From Candidatus Latescibacterota bacterium (GTDB lineage Bacteria > Latescibacterota > UBA2968 > UBA8231), in NCBI GenBank assembly GCA_965219385.1, contig CBDCNM010000001.1:236631-300630 (forward strand): a DNA stretch of 64,000 nucleotides. Reading direction: 5' to 3'. The position numbers and the translations under genes were made by a program. This document shows positions 1-10,841 of this stretch, one piece after another. Below the pieces are notes generated by a model that was not told where the DNA came from, ran no database searches, and was given only the letters and a program-made list of their open reading frames with translations. Every line of letters begins with the position of its first letter. Positions within the stretch are counted from its first letter, which is position 1.

Positions 1-641
1 AGCCCATCAATGTCCAGGCCATGTCCTCCCGCGAAGAAGTGGTAGAGCTCCTGGAGGAGAAGAAACTGGCCAGCCTGCCGGTAATCAACTTCGAGGGCCG
101 GCTCCTGGGCATCATCCAGCACGATGTCCTGGTCGAAGCCGCCCAGCAAAACGCCAGCGGGGATATCCAGGCCATGGTCGGGGCCGGACGCGAAGAGCAG
201 GCCCTTTCCAGGGCATCCTTTGCGATCCGCAAGCGGCTCCCCTGGCTCCAGATCAACCTGGTGACCGCCTTTCTGGCCGCTGCCGTGGTCGGCCTGTTCG
301 AAGGCACCATCGCCAGATTCACGGCCCTGGCTGTCTTCCTGTCGGTGGTGGCCGGCCAGTCCGGCAATACCGGGGCCCAGGCCCCGGCCGTAACCATGCG
401 GGGGTTTGCCCTGCGGCAGATCCGCGTGCGCAACTGGCGCCGGATCGCCACCGTTTTCTGGGACTGGCTACCTTGCTCTCCAGCGCATTCAACCTGGCTC
501 TTTGAAGGAGAGGACGGACGCTCAGAGGGCCATTGCGACGGCACGCCGGCTTCCGAGCAGAGGATGGTCGAGCGGGATGTACACCTGTATCGCCTGGTGA
601 GCCGGCAAGCGGTAGGGACCCGGCGCATGCTGCTGAAATAG
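1..641 (+). pseudogene. mgtE: MgtE magnesium transporter, C-terminal part; similarity stops at about 450 and the ORF continues as unrelated sequence
   Basis: CBS-like LPVINFEGRLLGII, then RKRLPWLQINLVTAFLAAAVVGLFE and VVAGQSGNTGAQ, typical of MgtE. After IRVRNWRRIA the remaining transmembrane helices are absent. The 5' end lies outside the window. Confidence 0.8.
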
Positions 642-801
642 GTAGCCGGTCCGCCGAGGGTTGACCTATCTTCGAAAAAGGACTTAATTTTCTCATGGGG
701 AACGACGAACCGCGCACAAGGTATCCTATGAGCCTCACCGGATCTACAAGTTATTGTCCAGCCACAGTTCATCTAAATCGAGCCATAAAATCAACCTGGT
801 C

Positions 802-836
802 AAAAGTGCACCTCACAGGTGCACTTTTTATTTTTT
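802..836 (+). terminator. Rho-independent terminator-like hairpin
   Basis: Perfect 12-bp stem AAAAGTGCACCT (802-813) / AGGTGCACTTTT (817-828), 3-nt loop, followed by a T-rich tract. Confidence 0.65.
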
Positions 837-853
837 AAATCCAAGAGGGCGAA

Positions 854-1564
854 ATGGAAGGCTTATTGCAGCTGTTGCAACTTCAGGATGTGGACAAGGA
901 ATTAAAGACACTAGAGGAAGCCAAGGAACAGTATCCTGCGGAAATCAGCGATCGGCGGGAGGAACTGGACAAGGCCCGGTCGGCTCTGAAAGAGCAGGAA
1001 GACCAGCTGGAGGAACTGGCCCGGAATCGACGCCATTTCGAGCGCGAACTCGAAGGCGCCCGAACCAGTCTGCAGGAACACGAAAAACGCTTTGCCGAGG
1101 TCACCAACAACAGGGAATACGATGCCCTGCAGATCGAAATAGAATCCTGCAAGACGCGGATTTCCGAGCACGAAACCCAGATCCTCGAAACCATCGAAGC
1201 CACGGAGCAGCTTCAGGAAGAGGTAGAAATCGCCAAGCAGGACTACGGGGAAGTCCATCGGGACCAGCAGGCGCGCATTGACGAACTCCAGGCCAAACTG
1301 ACCTCTCTTCAGGAGGAGGTAGACGGCGTGGAAGAACGACGTCAGGCCGTGGTTGAGAACATCGGGGCAAACCTGTTGCGGGTCTACAAACGCAGCCGCA
1401 AGGCCAAGGGGATGAGGGTGGGTCCGGTCCGAAAAGGCGCCTGTGGTATCTGTTTCCGCCAGTTGCCGGCGCAGCAAAAAACCAATGTGCGACGCAACGA
1501 GGCCGATATACAGTACTGTGAGAGCTGCGGCACCATTATGGTCTGGGATGAACAGTCGGCTTAA
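854..1564 (+). CDS. Coiled-coil protein with C-terminal C4-type zinc ribbon (DUF164/CT398-like)
   Basis: LLQLQDVD start, long coiled coil with NNREYDALQIEI, CGIC...CESCG zinc ribbon. Genes of this family often lie next to rnpB. Confidence 0.88.
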   Translation: MEGLLQLLQLQDVDKELKTLEEAKEQYPAEISDRREELDKARSALKEQEDQLEELARNRRHFERELEGARTSLQEHEKRFAEVTNNREYDALQIEIESCKTRISEHETQILETIEATEQLQEEVEIAKQDYGEVHRDQQARIDELQAKLTSLQEEVDGVEERRQAVVENIGANLLRVYKRSRKAKGMRVGPVRKGACGICFRQLPAQQKTNVRRNEADIQYCESCGTIMVWDEQSA

Positions 1565-1565
1565 C

Positions 1566-1938
1566 GGAGTGGGTCGGGCGATCGCGCTGTCCGGCCACAG
1601 GGCCGGAGGTGAGGAAAGTCCGAGCTCCCCAGGACAGGACGCTGGGTAACACCCAGGAGGGGCGACCCTACAGAAAGTGCCACAGAAAACACACCGCCCG
1701 GAATCCTCTGGTCTTCGGGTAAGGGTGAAAAGGTGAGGTAAGAGCTCACCGCGTTTCCGGCGACGGAAACGGCAGGGCAAACCTCGTCCGGAGCAAGGCC
1801 AAATAGGGGAGGAGAGGTGGTCCGCCTCGCTTACAACTCCCGGGTAGGCCGCAAAGAGGCTGTGGGCAACCACCGTCCAAGATGAATGATCGCCCCGCGC
1901 CCCGCGCGCGGACAGGACTCGGCTTATAGACCCACTCC
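1566..1938 (+). ncRNA. rnpB: RNase P RNA (bacterial type A)
   Basis: P1 ends GGAGTGGGTC/GACCCACTCC pair; conserved GAGGAAAGTCCG, AGTGCCACAGAAA, GGTAAGAGCTCACC, GAGCAAGGCCAAATAG and the 3' ACAGGACTCGGCTTAT motif. Confidence 0.97.
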
Positions 1939-2029
1939 CACTTCTTTCGTTCATTGAGTCCGTTTCCCCGGGCCTGGCCACAGGACCGGACAGCGGGAAT
2001 TTTTTCAAGGGCGCCACAGGAATCAATGC

Positions 2030-3049
2030 ATGTTCGCTTTTCTCGTCGCTCTGCTGACAACGGGTGGGTTGATAGGCCTCCTGCACGCCCAGGACGTGGT
2101 CGAATCCCTGGCCCTCGAAACAGACCAGGAAGAACTCATTGAGGGCAGCGTAGACTGGACCAACCAGATCCTGACGGTGTACGGGGAAGGTATTGCCCCC
2201 GAAGGCGAGACCGACCCGGTGCGGCGTCGCCTCATGGGCTTTCGCGCCGCCAAGGTCGAGGCCCGGCGAAACCTGCTGGAAATGGTCGGCCAGGTCCACA
2301 TCGACGCCCGCACCAAGGTCGGCATGTCCATGGCGGAAAGCGACGAGATCCGCTCCCGGATCACGGGCATCGTCAAAGGCGCCCGGGTGATGACCGGCAG
2401 CCAAACCGAGACCGATGGCCTCTTCCGGATCGCCCTGCGGATCGTCCTGCGCAACGAATTCGCCGAGGCGGTGCTGCCGGACTACGCCCCCCCTGACCCC
2501 CTGGAACCTCTCCTGGTAGAAACGGATTCGCTTGGGACCGATTCGCTCCAGGTCTACTCCCCTCCCCAACCTTATACCGGCTTGCTCGTCGATGCCCGGG
2601 GCCTGGACCTGCAGCCCAGCATGGCGCCCCGCCTGGTCAGCGAAAGCGGCTGGGAGATCTACAACGCCGGGTTCGCCGACCGTCAGGACGCCACGCAGAT
2701 GGGCGTGGTCGGCTACGACAAGGACATGAATCGGGCCATGAAAAGCGACCGTCTGGGCGGAGAAAAGGCCCATCCTCTCATCGTCAAAGCCCAGGATGTA
2801 TCCGGTCTCTACAGCGCCGATGCAGTGATCGCGGACGACGAGGGGATCTGGGTGCGCATGGCCGACGCGGAGCAGGGGTTCCTGTCGCAGTGCCGGGTGG
2901 TCTTCCTCCTGGGTCCCGAACCCGTGGTTGTGGATTCCATCCTGGTGGATTCCCTCTACATCAACTCCACCTATGTCGATACCACCCATTTGGAGGGAGA
3001 TGAATTTGAATTTTCCGAACAAACTGGCGCGCGCGATAACCCAGAATGA
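2030..3049 (+). CDS. Exported LPP20-like protein
   Basis: Hydrophobic signal peptide; GSVDWTNQ..., RAAKVEARRNLLEMV and YTGLLVDARGL motifs of LPP20-like proteins. Confidence 0.6.
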   Translation: MFAFLVALLTTGGLIGLLHAQDVVESLALETDQEELIEGSVDWTNQILTVYGEGIAPEGETDPVRRRLMGFRAAKVEARRNLLEMVGQVHIDARTKVGMSMAESDEIRSRITGIVKGARVMTGSQTETDGLFRIALRIVLRNEFAEAVLPDYAPPDPLEPLLVETDSLGTDSLQVYSPPQPYTGLLVDARGLDLQPSMAPRLVSESGWEIYNAGFADRQDATQMGVVGYDKDMNRAMKSDRLGGEKAHPLIVKAQDVSGLYSADAVIADDEGIWVRMADAEQGFLSQCRVVFLLGPEPVVVDSILVDSLYINSTYVDTTHLEGDEFEFSEQTGARDNPE

Positions 3050-3824
3050 TTCCTTGCTGTGCATAGGTCTGGACCCGGATCCGGACAAACTGCCGGCGAG
3101 TGTCGGGACCCAGGCCAATCCCGTCCTCTCTTTCAATACTCAGATCATTGACGCCACCGCCGACCTGGTTTGTGCCTACAAACCCAACTTCGCCTTTTTC
3201 GGCTTGCTCGGAGAACGAGGATGGTCCACCTTGAAAGCTACCCTCGACCACATTCCCGAGACCATTCCCGTCATCCTGGACGCCAAGGTAGGAGATATCG
3301 GCTCCACCGCGGAACACTACGCCCGGATGTTCCTGGACGAGCTGGGCGTCGACGCCCTCACCGTGAATCCCTACATGGGCCAGGACGCCGTGGCCCCTTT
3401 TCTCGAACGCCGGGAAAAGGGCGTCTTCCTGCTCTGCCTGACCTCCAACAAAGGAGCCGAGGACTTCGAAAAGCAAAACCTGGAGGATGGCCCGCTCTAC
3501 CTGCGCGTGGCCCGCAAGGCCCGGGAGTGGAGCCCGGCCGGCAACTGCGGTCTGGTGGTGGGCGCTACTCAGCCAGAGGCTATCCAGGGCATCCGCGCCC
3601 TGGTCCCGGACCGGCCCCTGCTCATCCCCGGGGTGGGCGCCCAAGGCGGGGATCTGAAGACGGCGGTTTCCAGCGGCCAGGATGCCTGTGGCAACGGGGT
3701 CCTGATCAATGCCTCGCGTTCAATTCTCTACGCGGGAGACGGGCCTGACTTTGCCGCGGCCGCGCGCCGGACGGCCATGGAACTGCGCCGGGAGATCAAC
3801 GCTTGCCGCACCCGCTCCGGATAA
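3000..3824 (+). CDS. pyrF: Orotidine-5'-phosphate decarboxylase (subfamily 2)
   Basis: LCIGLDP, AYKPNFAFF, ILDAKVGDIGST, TVNPYMG, LIPGVGAQGG, INASRSI. ATG at 3000 is in frame with the 2928 ORF. Confidence 0.95.
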   Translation: MNLNFPNKLARAITQNDSLLCIGLDPDPDKLPASVGTQANPVLSFNTQIIDATADLVCAYKPNFAFFGLLGERGWSTLKATLDHIPETIPVILDAKVGDIGSTAEHYARMFLDELGVDALTVNPYMGQDAVAPFLERREKGVFLLCLTSNKGAEDFEKQNLEDGPLYLRVARKAREWSPAGNCGLVVGATQPEAIQGIRALVPDRPLLIPGVGAQGGDLKTAVSSGQDACGNGVLINASRSILYAGDGPDFAAAARRTAMELRREINACRTRSG

Positions 3825-3977
3825 GGGGTCCTAGTGCTCTTTGTTGCCCCGGCCTCCATGTAGTTCAGGGCAATGTCCTGGGTGCGTTCCCGGGCTGAGC
3901 CGGTGGACAAAAGCTTGCAGCCTTTGCTAAAATCAACCACAAGCACTACGTTTTAGATCACTTGCGCAAATGGGAGT

Positions 3978-4055
3978 CGGGGTGTAGCGCAGTCCGGTTA
4001 GCGCACCTGCTTTGGGAGCAGGGGGTCGTCGGTTCGAATCCGACCACCCCGACCA
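3978..4055 (+). tRNA. tRNA-Pro(TGG)
   Basis: Acceptor CGGGGTG/CACCCCG plus ACCA, anticodon arm CCTGC-TTTGGGA-GCAGG, T-loop GGTTCGAATCC. Confidence 0.97.
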
Positions 4056-4135
4056 TTAAATGAGCGCGATTTGGAAAAACTGAAGTCCATCGTCAAAGAT
4101 CGCGAAAACAGTCGGGAGCTAATAATTGACCGGCG

Positions 4136-5156
4136 ACCGGTCGTCCGCCGAAAATGCCATCATCGCCGGGGGCAGCGCCTTTAACATCCGCGCCGAGTCC
4201 CTGCGCCTGGGGGACTTCTCGCGGCGCGACGTCGAGTCGCTGCTGGCACAGCACACCGAGGAGACCGGCCAGGCGTTCACGGACGAGGCGCGTGCCGCGA
4301 TCTGGGAGTTGACCCAGGGCCAGCCGTGGCTGGTCAACGCGTTGGCCTACGAAGCCTGCTTCAAGAACAAGGCCGGGCGCGACCGCCGCCGGGAGGTGAC
4401 TGCCGATGCCATCCAGGACGCGCGCGAGCAGTTGATCCTGCGCCGGGAGACACACCTGGACCAGCTCACCGACAAGCTCCAGGAGGAGCGGGTGCGGCGG
4501 GTGGTCGAACCGCTGCTGAGCGGTGCTGACTCCGCCGGCTCGATTGCCGCCGACGACCTGCAGTACGTGCGCGACCTGGGCTTGGTGGCGATGGTCCCGT
4601 CGCCATCGCCAACCCGATCTACCGCGAGGTGATCCCCCGCGATCTTACCTACACTACCCAGGAGATGTCGATCCACCACGACCCGGCCTGGTACGTTGAT
4701 GACGGCGGTGCCTTGGAGGTGGGCAAGCTGCTGGCCGCCTTCCAGGAGTTCTTCCGCGAGCACTCGGAGCACTGGGTGGAGCGTTTCCAGTACAAGGAGG
4801 CCGGTCCGCAGTTGCTGCTGCAGGCGTTTTTGCAGCGCCTCGTCAACAGTGGCGGGCGGATCGAGCGCGAGTACGGCTTGGGCCGCAGGCGCACCGATCT
4901 GCTCCTGGTGTGGCCGGTGGGCGGGAATACCGGCCGGACGCAGAAGGTCGTCATCGAGTGCAAGGTGCTGCACCGGGGTCTCGAGCGGACCCTGCGCGAG
5001 GGTCTCGAACAGACGCGCGCCTACATGGAGCGTTGCGCTGCGGCGGAAGGGCATCTCGTGCTCTTCGACCGCAGCGCGGGCAAGTCGTGGGATGACAAGG
5101 TGTATCGCCGCGAGGAGGCTGAAGGCGGCGCACCGGTCACGGTGTGGGGGATGTGA
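4136..5156 (+). pseudogene. 5'-truncated, frameshifted copy of the AAA-ATPase/PD-(D/E)XK gene at 9177-10781
   Basis: Highly similar to about 9760-10781. Lacks the Walker A/B half. A 4-nt deletion near 4590 (GTGGC[ACAG]GA) splits it into ORFs 4126-4632 and 4629-5156. Confidence 0.88.
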
Positions 5157-5269
5157 GCGGATGATTGTTAGGAGATTGGCGACGAAACGACTACATCGTG
5201 GTTGTCTTCTACTTGGGGTGAGATGAAGCAGTGGTTGTTCGCGCACTCGACGGAGGCGGGAAGCGTCCG

Positions 5270-5470
5270 ATGAGCAAAATGCTTGGAAGGTTCATTAAGG
5301 TCTGCCTTATCACCCTGGGTGGGCTGGTCGTAGTAGCGGTGGCCGCCATTGTCATCTTCTACGCGTTCATCCTCAAGGGTGAAGAGGACTTGCACGCGGA
5401 GATGCTGGAGCGGGTGGTAGCCGCCGGCGCGCAAGCGCAAGCACACGACCAAAGATATAGATTAGAGTGA
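5270..5470 (+). CDS. Small membrane protein, hypothetical
   Basis: GGAGG upstream of the ATG; one long hydrophobic segment (VCLITLGGLVVVAVAAIVIFYAFIL). Confidence 0.4.
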   Translation: MSKMLGRFIKVCLITLGGLVVVAVAAIVIFYAFILKGEEDLHAEMLERVVAAGAQAQAHDQRYRLE

Positions 5471-5497
5471 ACTACATCTGACGAGATAGCGAGAGAT

Positions 5498-8400
5498 ATG
5501 TCATCTATCATTTCAGCCGAGCTGCCAGGCGATTATTCCCGGAGGATCAAGAGCACGCGGGACACCAGAGGGCTGACCCAAGTGCAGTTCGCCGCCCTCC
5601 TTGGCGTTTCCTATGCCTCTGTCAATCGCTGGGAGAACGGACAGGCGCGTCCCAATAATCTGGCTTGGCAGCGCATCGTCGAGATCGAAAAATCGTTGGA
5701 CAGCGGTGTGCCTAGAGACTCTGACGAGGGGCTATTGGTGCCGCCGGGCGTGGACTTCTCTGCCGACCCAGATGCTGTCTCGGTCGTCGCCGAGGCGCAT
5801 CGTCTCGCCTACGGACACCTTTTTAATTCGGCGTTCGCCGCGGAAACCTCGCTGATTGACCCGCTCCCGCATCAGCGGATTGCCGTGTACGAGCAGATGC
5901 TGCAACAAGCCCCCCTGCGATTCTTGCTAGCCGACGACGCGGGGGCCGGCAAAACCATCATGACGGGCTTATACGTGCGCGAGATGCTGTCTCGCCGCCT
6001 CATCCGTCGCGTGCTCATCGTGCCGCCGGCTGGCTTGGTCGGCAACTGGGAGCGGGAAATGCGCACCCTGTTCCGCTTGCCGTTCCGCATCGTCAGCGGC
6101 GCAGACGCACGCGCCGGCAATCCCTTCCTCGGCCCAGAGAGCGACCGGGTAATCGTCAGCATCGACACCTTGGCCGGGGAACGCATGTTCGGCCACCTCA
6201 AAGATCCGCAAACCGACGCCTACGACCTCGTCATCTTCGACGAGGCACACAAGCTGTCTGCGGATCGCCAGCCGGATTTTCGGGTGCGCAAGACGGATCG
6301 GTACAAGCTGGCGGAAGCTCTAGCTGGTGCCGAGGTAGAAGGCGAGCGCTGGGAACTCTCTTGGTCGGCTCAACACCTGCTGTTGCTGACGGCCACGCCG
6401 CACATGGGCAAGGATTATCCCTACTACTTCCTGTGGCGTCTGCTGCTGCCGGACGAGCTCTCGACCTGCGACGCGTTCGACACTTTTCCCCGCGCATCTC
6501 GGAAGAGGCACTTCATCCGCCGGACCAAGGAGGAGATGGTCCGCTTCGATGGTTCTCCCCTGTATCCACAGCGAAACTGCGCCACCCTGAGCTACGACCT
6601 CTCGCAGGGACCACAGAGCGAACAGGAGCTCTACGACGAGACGACTGAATACATCCGGTATTACTACAACCGCGCCGGAATGTTGAACCGATCCGCGGCC
6701 CGCTTGGCGATGAGCGTCTTCCAGCGGCGTCTCGCCAGTTCCACCTACGCCCTCATGCGCTCCTTCGAGCGTCGCCAAGAAAAGCTCGCAGGGCTGATTG
6801 ACGACATTCGGAACGGGCGACTCACCGAGGAACAGCTCGCGCGCCAACAACGGAGCCTAGACGAGCTCGACGACGTCTTTGAAACGCGGACCGCCGATGA
6901 AGAGACTGCAAGCGAGGACGGAGGCGAGCAACACGAGGAGTTCGAGGGCGAGGCCCTAAGCGGCACCATCGCGGTCAACCTCAGTGAACTAGAGACAGAA
7001 CGCCGCACAGTCGAAGCGTTATTCAACAAGACCCGAAACCTGTTCAACACTGGCGAGGAATCCAAGTTTGAGAAGCTGCGCGAGGTGCTCAGCGATCCGC
7101 AATACCTCGACGAGAAGCTCATCGTCTTCACCGAGCACCGCGACACCGCGAAATTTTTGGTGCGCCGACTCGAAGGGCTCGGCTTTACCGGTCAAGTTGC
7201 TCTGATCCACGGCGGCCTGCCCTACCAGGAGCGGGAGCGCCGAGTCGAGTTTTTTCGCCGACCAGCAGCGGAAAGTGGGGCCAACTATCTAGTGGCCACC
7301 GATGCCGCCGGCGAGGGGATCAATCTACAGTTCTGCTGGCTGATGGTGAACTACGACATCCCCTGGAACCCGGCGCGGCTCGAACAGCGGATGGGCCGCA
7401 TCCACCGCTATGGCCAGCAGCGCGATCCAGTGGTCGTCGTCAATCTGGTGGCCGGCGGTACGCGCGAGGGGCGGGTGCTGAAGACCCTGCTCGACAAGCT
7501 CGAAGCGATCCGCCGTCAGCTCCAGTCCGACAAGGTTTTCGACGTGGTGGGTCGGCTGTTTGAGGGACTGTCCATGCGGGACTATCTGGAGCAGGCGGTC
7601 ACTGAAAATGCCGACACCGTTGCCGAGCACTTGGAGGGCGACCTTACAGAGCAACAAGTCCAGGCTCTTGCGGAGCGAGAGCGCGTGCTCTTTGGGGAAG
7701 GCGGCGAGGTGCGTCGGCGATTGGCGCATCTCAACGACGAGGTAGAGCAGGAAAACTATCGCCGGTTGCTGCCCGGATACGTGCGCCGTTTTGTGGAGCG
7801 AGCCGCGCCGCTGCTCGACTTGCGCATCGAGGGCGATCCAGAAGCCACTTTTGCGCTGGTGCCCGCCCGGCCCCGCGCCGCCGATGCCTTGTTGCCTGCA
7901 CTTGAGGTCTATTCCGAGGAAGCGCGCGCGCGACTGACGGTATACAAGCCGACGAACCGCGAAGATGCCGTCTGGATGCACACCCCGGCGAGCCGGTGTT
8001 CGACGGCCTCTCTGCCGCGATCCTGAGTCGCTGCGGGCGCGACGAGCTCAAGGGAGCCGTGTTCACCGACCCTTATGCGACCGAGGCATATCTATTTCAC
8101 ATCGCCCTGATTGCCGTCGAACAGCACAGCCAAGACAACGCAGAGCCGACCGCTCCGCAGCCTCTCGAATCGCGCCTGATCGGGCTGCGCCAATCAAGCG
8201 ACGGCACCGTAGAGGAATGCCCAGTCGAGCATCTGCTTCTGCTCAGGGGTGCCCACGGCTTCGCGCCGAGCCGGGTGCCACTGGCTACTCTGGCTCGCGA
8301 CATGGTTGTCGATGCTGCCCAGTTCATCCGCGAGGACGTGAGCGAGCGCATCGTACAAACCCATCGCCAGCGCCGCCTCGACGGTCTGCCCGCCCGCCTG

Positions 8401-9064
8401 GAATTCGTCAATCGCGGCTTCGACTTTCAGGCTGCCGAACTCGCTGCCGCCCGATCTCGCCTTAGCGCAATGGCCCGCGATGGTAATCGCTACGCCCAAG
8501 AGGAACTCTCCAAGGTCAAGGAACGGCAGCGGAGCTTGATGGCTTCCCGCAACCATCGCCTCGCCAAACTGCAAGCCGAACCAAACCTCATCCAAGCTGG
8601 TGAGATCGAGTTCCTTTCACGCCCTCGTGGTGCCGGCCCAAGATTCCGCGGAGACTGAGCGCTACGATGCCGATGTCGAAGCTATCGCCGTGGAGGTGGC
8701 TACCGATTATGAGAAGCGCTTCGGTGCCGAGGTGCAGGATGTCTCGCGGCCCGAATTGGCCCGGCGCGCCGGGCTGACCGACTGGCCGGGCTTCGATCTG
8801 CTTTCTCGCCGCGCTGGAGAAGAACGGCGTGCCATAGAAGTCAAGGGACGGGCCGGTACCGGCGGCATTGAAATGAGTGATAATGAATGGGCCAAGGCTT
8901 GCAACCTCCGCGACGAATACTGGCTCTACGTCGTCTTTGACTGCGCCACGCCGCACCCGCGTTTGGTGCGGGTGCGCGACCCGTTTGCCAAGCTGCTCGT
9001 CAGAAGTCGCGAGTCTATCGCCTATACCATCACCCCGGGGGCTGTTATAGAGGCAGCCGAGTGA
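5498..9064 (+). pseudogene. XRE-HTH + SNF2 helicase + DUF3883 (NO VEIN-like) nuclease gene broken by two frameshifts
   Basis: N-terminal HTH (LTQVQFAALLGVSYASVNRWENG), LLADDAGAGKT, DEAH, TATPH, ATDAAGEGINLQ, LEQRMGRIHRYGQ; C-terminal GFDLLS...IEVKGR...NEW...YWLYVV. Frameshifts near 7980 (CA duplication) and near 8613. Confidence 0.88.
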
Positions 9065-9176
9065 CGCAGACGCGATTGCATCAATCGGGCTCATGGAGGG
9101 AAATTGTGGAGTGGAGGTCCTGGAGGAACAGGTTGCGCGACAGGCGTAAGATCCTGCCAGCAAGGAGTGGTAACAA

Positions 9177-10781
9177 ATGACGACAACAGCCATGCGTTTT
9201 TTTAACACCGCCGGCCCCATCAAGGCGGAAATGCACTATCACGTCCCGCTCCTAGCGCGGCTCGATGTCGAGGACCTTCTGCTGCTCATCCGGCAGTGGA
9301 AGTACTTCGTCTTGCACGCGCCGCGTCAGACGGGCAAGACCTCGGCGTTGTTCGCCTTGAGGGATCAATTAAACGCCAGCGGCGAATTCCGCTGTGTGTA
9401 CGTCAACGTCGAGGTGGGCCAGTCGGCGCGGGAGGACGTGGCCGCGGCCATGCGGGCCATACTGGGTCAGATGGCCTCGGAGGCGGAGTACGTTTTGAGC
9501 GACTCCACTCTGGGGAAGGTAAGTCTCGATACCTTCGAGGAGTTTGGCCCGCACCAGGCTCTCCGAGGGACGTTGGCCCGGTGGGCCGAGTTGGACTCCA
9601 GGCCGCTGGTGCTCATGATCGACGAGATCGACGCCCTGATCGGCGACACCCTGCTGGCGGTGCTGCGGCAATTGCGCGCCGGCTACCCGGAACGCCCCCG
9701 CCGCTTTCCGCAGAGCGTGGTCCTCTGCGGCGTGCGCGACGTGCGCGACTACCGCATCCGGTCTTCCGCCGAAAACGCCATCGTCGCCGGGGGCAGCGCC
9801 TTCAACATCCGCGCCGAGTCCCTGCGGCTCGGGGACTTCTCGCGCGCCGAGGTCGAGTCGCTGCTGGCACAGCACACCGGGGAGACCGGCCAGACGTTCA
9901 CGGACGAGGCGCGACGCGACGTCTGGGAGCTGACCCAAGGTCAACCATGGCTGGTCAACGCCCTGGCCTACGAAGCCTGCTTCGGCAACAAGGCCGGGCG
10001 CGACCGCAGCCGGTCGATCACCGCCGACGCCATCCAGGACGCACGCGAGCAATTGATCCGCCGCCGCGAGACCCACCTGGACCAGCTCACCGACAAGCTC
10101 CAGGAAGAACGGGTGCGGCGGGTGGTCGAACCGCTGCTGAGCGGCACCGCCTCCGCCGGCTCGATTCCCGCCGACGATCTGCAGTACGCTCGCGACTTGG
10201 GCCTGGTGGCACAGGACGGCCCCGTCGCCATCGCCAACCCGATCTACCGCGAAGTGATCCCGCGCGACCTCACCTACACCACCCAGGAGATGTCCATCCA
10301 CCACGACCCCGCCTGGTACGTCGATGCCGGCGGCGCCCTGCAGATGGGCAAGCTGCTGGCCGCGTTTCAGGAGTTCTTCCGCGAGTACTCCGAGCACTGG
10401 GTAGAGCGCTTCCAGTACAAGGAGGCCGGCCCGCAGTTGCTGCTGCAGGCGTTTTTGCAGCGCCTCGTCAACAGTGGCGGGCGGATCGAGCGCGAGTACG
10501 GCTTGGGCCGCAGGCGCACCGATCTGCTCCTGGTGTGGCCGGTGGGCGGGGCTACCGGCCGGACGCAGAAAGTCGTCATCGAGTGCAAGGTGCTGCACCG
10601 GGGTCTCGAGCGGACCCTGCGCGAAGGTCTCGAACAGACGCGCGCCTACATGGACCGCTGCGCTACAGCGGAAGGGCATCTCGTGCTCTTCGACCGCACC
10701 GAGGGCAAGTCGTGGGACGACAAGGTGTATCGCCGCGAGGAGGCTGAAGGCGGCGCGCCGGTCACGGTGTGGGGGATGTGA
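9177..10781 (+). CDS. AAA-like ATPase with C-terminal PD-(D/E)XK-like nuclease domain
   Basis: RFFNTAGP start, Walker A APRQTGKT, Walker B LMIDEID, C-terminal REYGLGRRRTDLL...VIECKV; AAGGAG RBS. Confidence 0.85.
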   Translation: MTTTAMRFFNTAGPIKAEMHYHVPLLARLDVEDLLLLIRQWKYFVLHAPRQTGKTSALFALRDQLNASGEFRCVYVNVEVGQSAREDVAAAMRAILGQMASEAEYVLSDSTLGKVSLDTFEEFGPHQALRGTLARWAELDSRPLVLMIDEIDALIGDTLLAVLRQLRAGYPERPRRFPQSVVLCGVRDVRDYRIRSSAENAIVAGGSAFNIRAESLRLGDFSRAEVESLLAQHTGETGQTFTDEARRDVWELTQGQPWLVNALAYEACFGNKAGRDRSRSITADAIQDAREQLIRRRETHLDQLTDKLQEERVRRVVEPLLSGTASAGSIPADDLQYARDLGLVAQDGPVAIANPIYREVIPRDLTYTTQEMSIHHDPAWYVDAGGALQMGKLLAAFQEFFREYSEHWVERFQYKEAGPQLLLQAFLQRLVNSGGRIEREYGLGRRRTDLLLVWPVGGATGRTQKVVIECKVLHRGLERTLREGLEQTRAYMDRCATAEGHLVLFDRTEGKSWDDKVYRREEAEGGAPVTVWGM

Positions 10782-10841
10782 GCGGTGCCCGCCCGACTTT
10801 AAAGCCTGCGGAGGAGACCGAATTTGAGAAAGGAGAACAGC

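Noticed and set aside
911..3136. 741-aa minus-strand ORF and many other long antisense or alternate-frame ORFs (e.g. 9369-11111, 28936-30453, 34710-36884, 40168-41766)
   Set aside because: They overlap well-supported genes or rnpB and show no recognisable motifs; expected shadow ORFs in GC-rich DNA.
7975..8620. Programmed ribosomal frameshifting in the helicase
   Set aside because: No canonical slippery heptamer at either site; two separate indels are better explained by decay or sequencing error.
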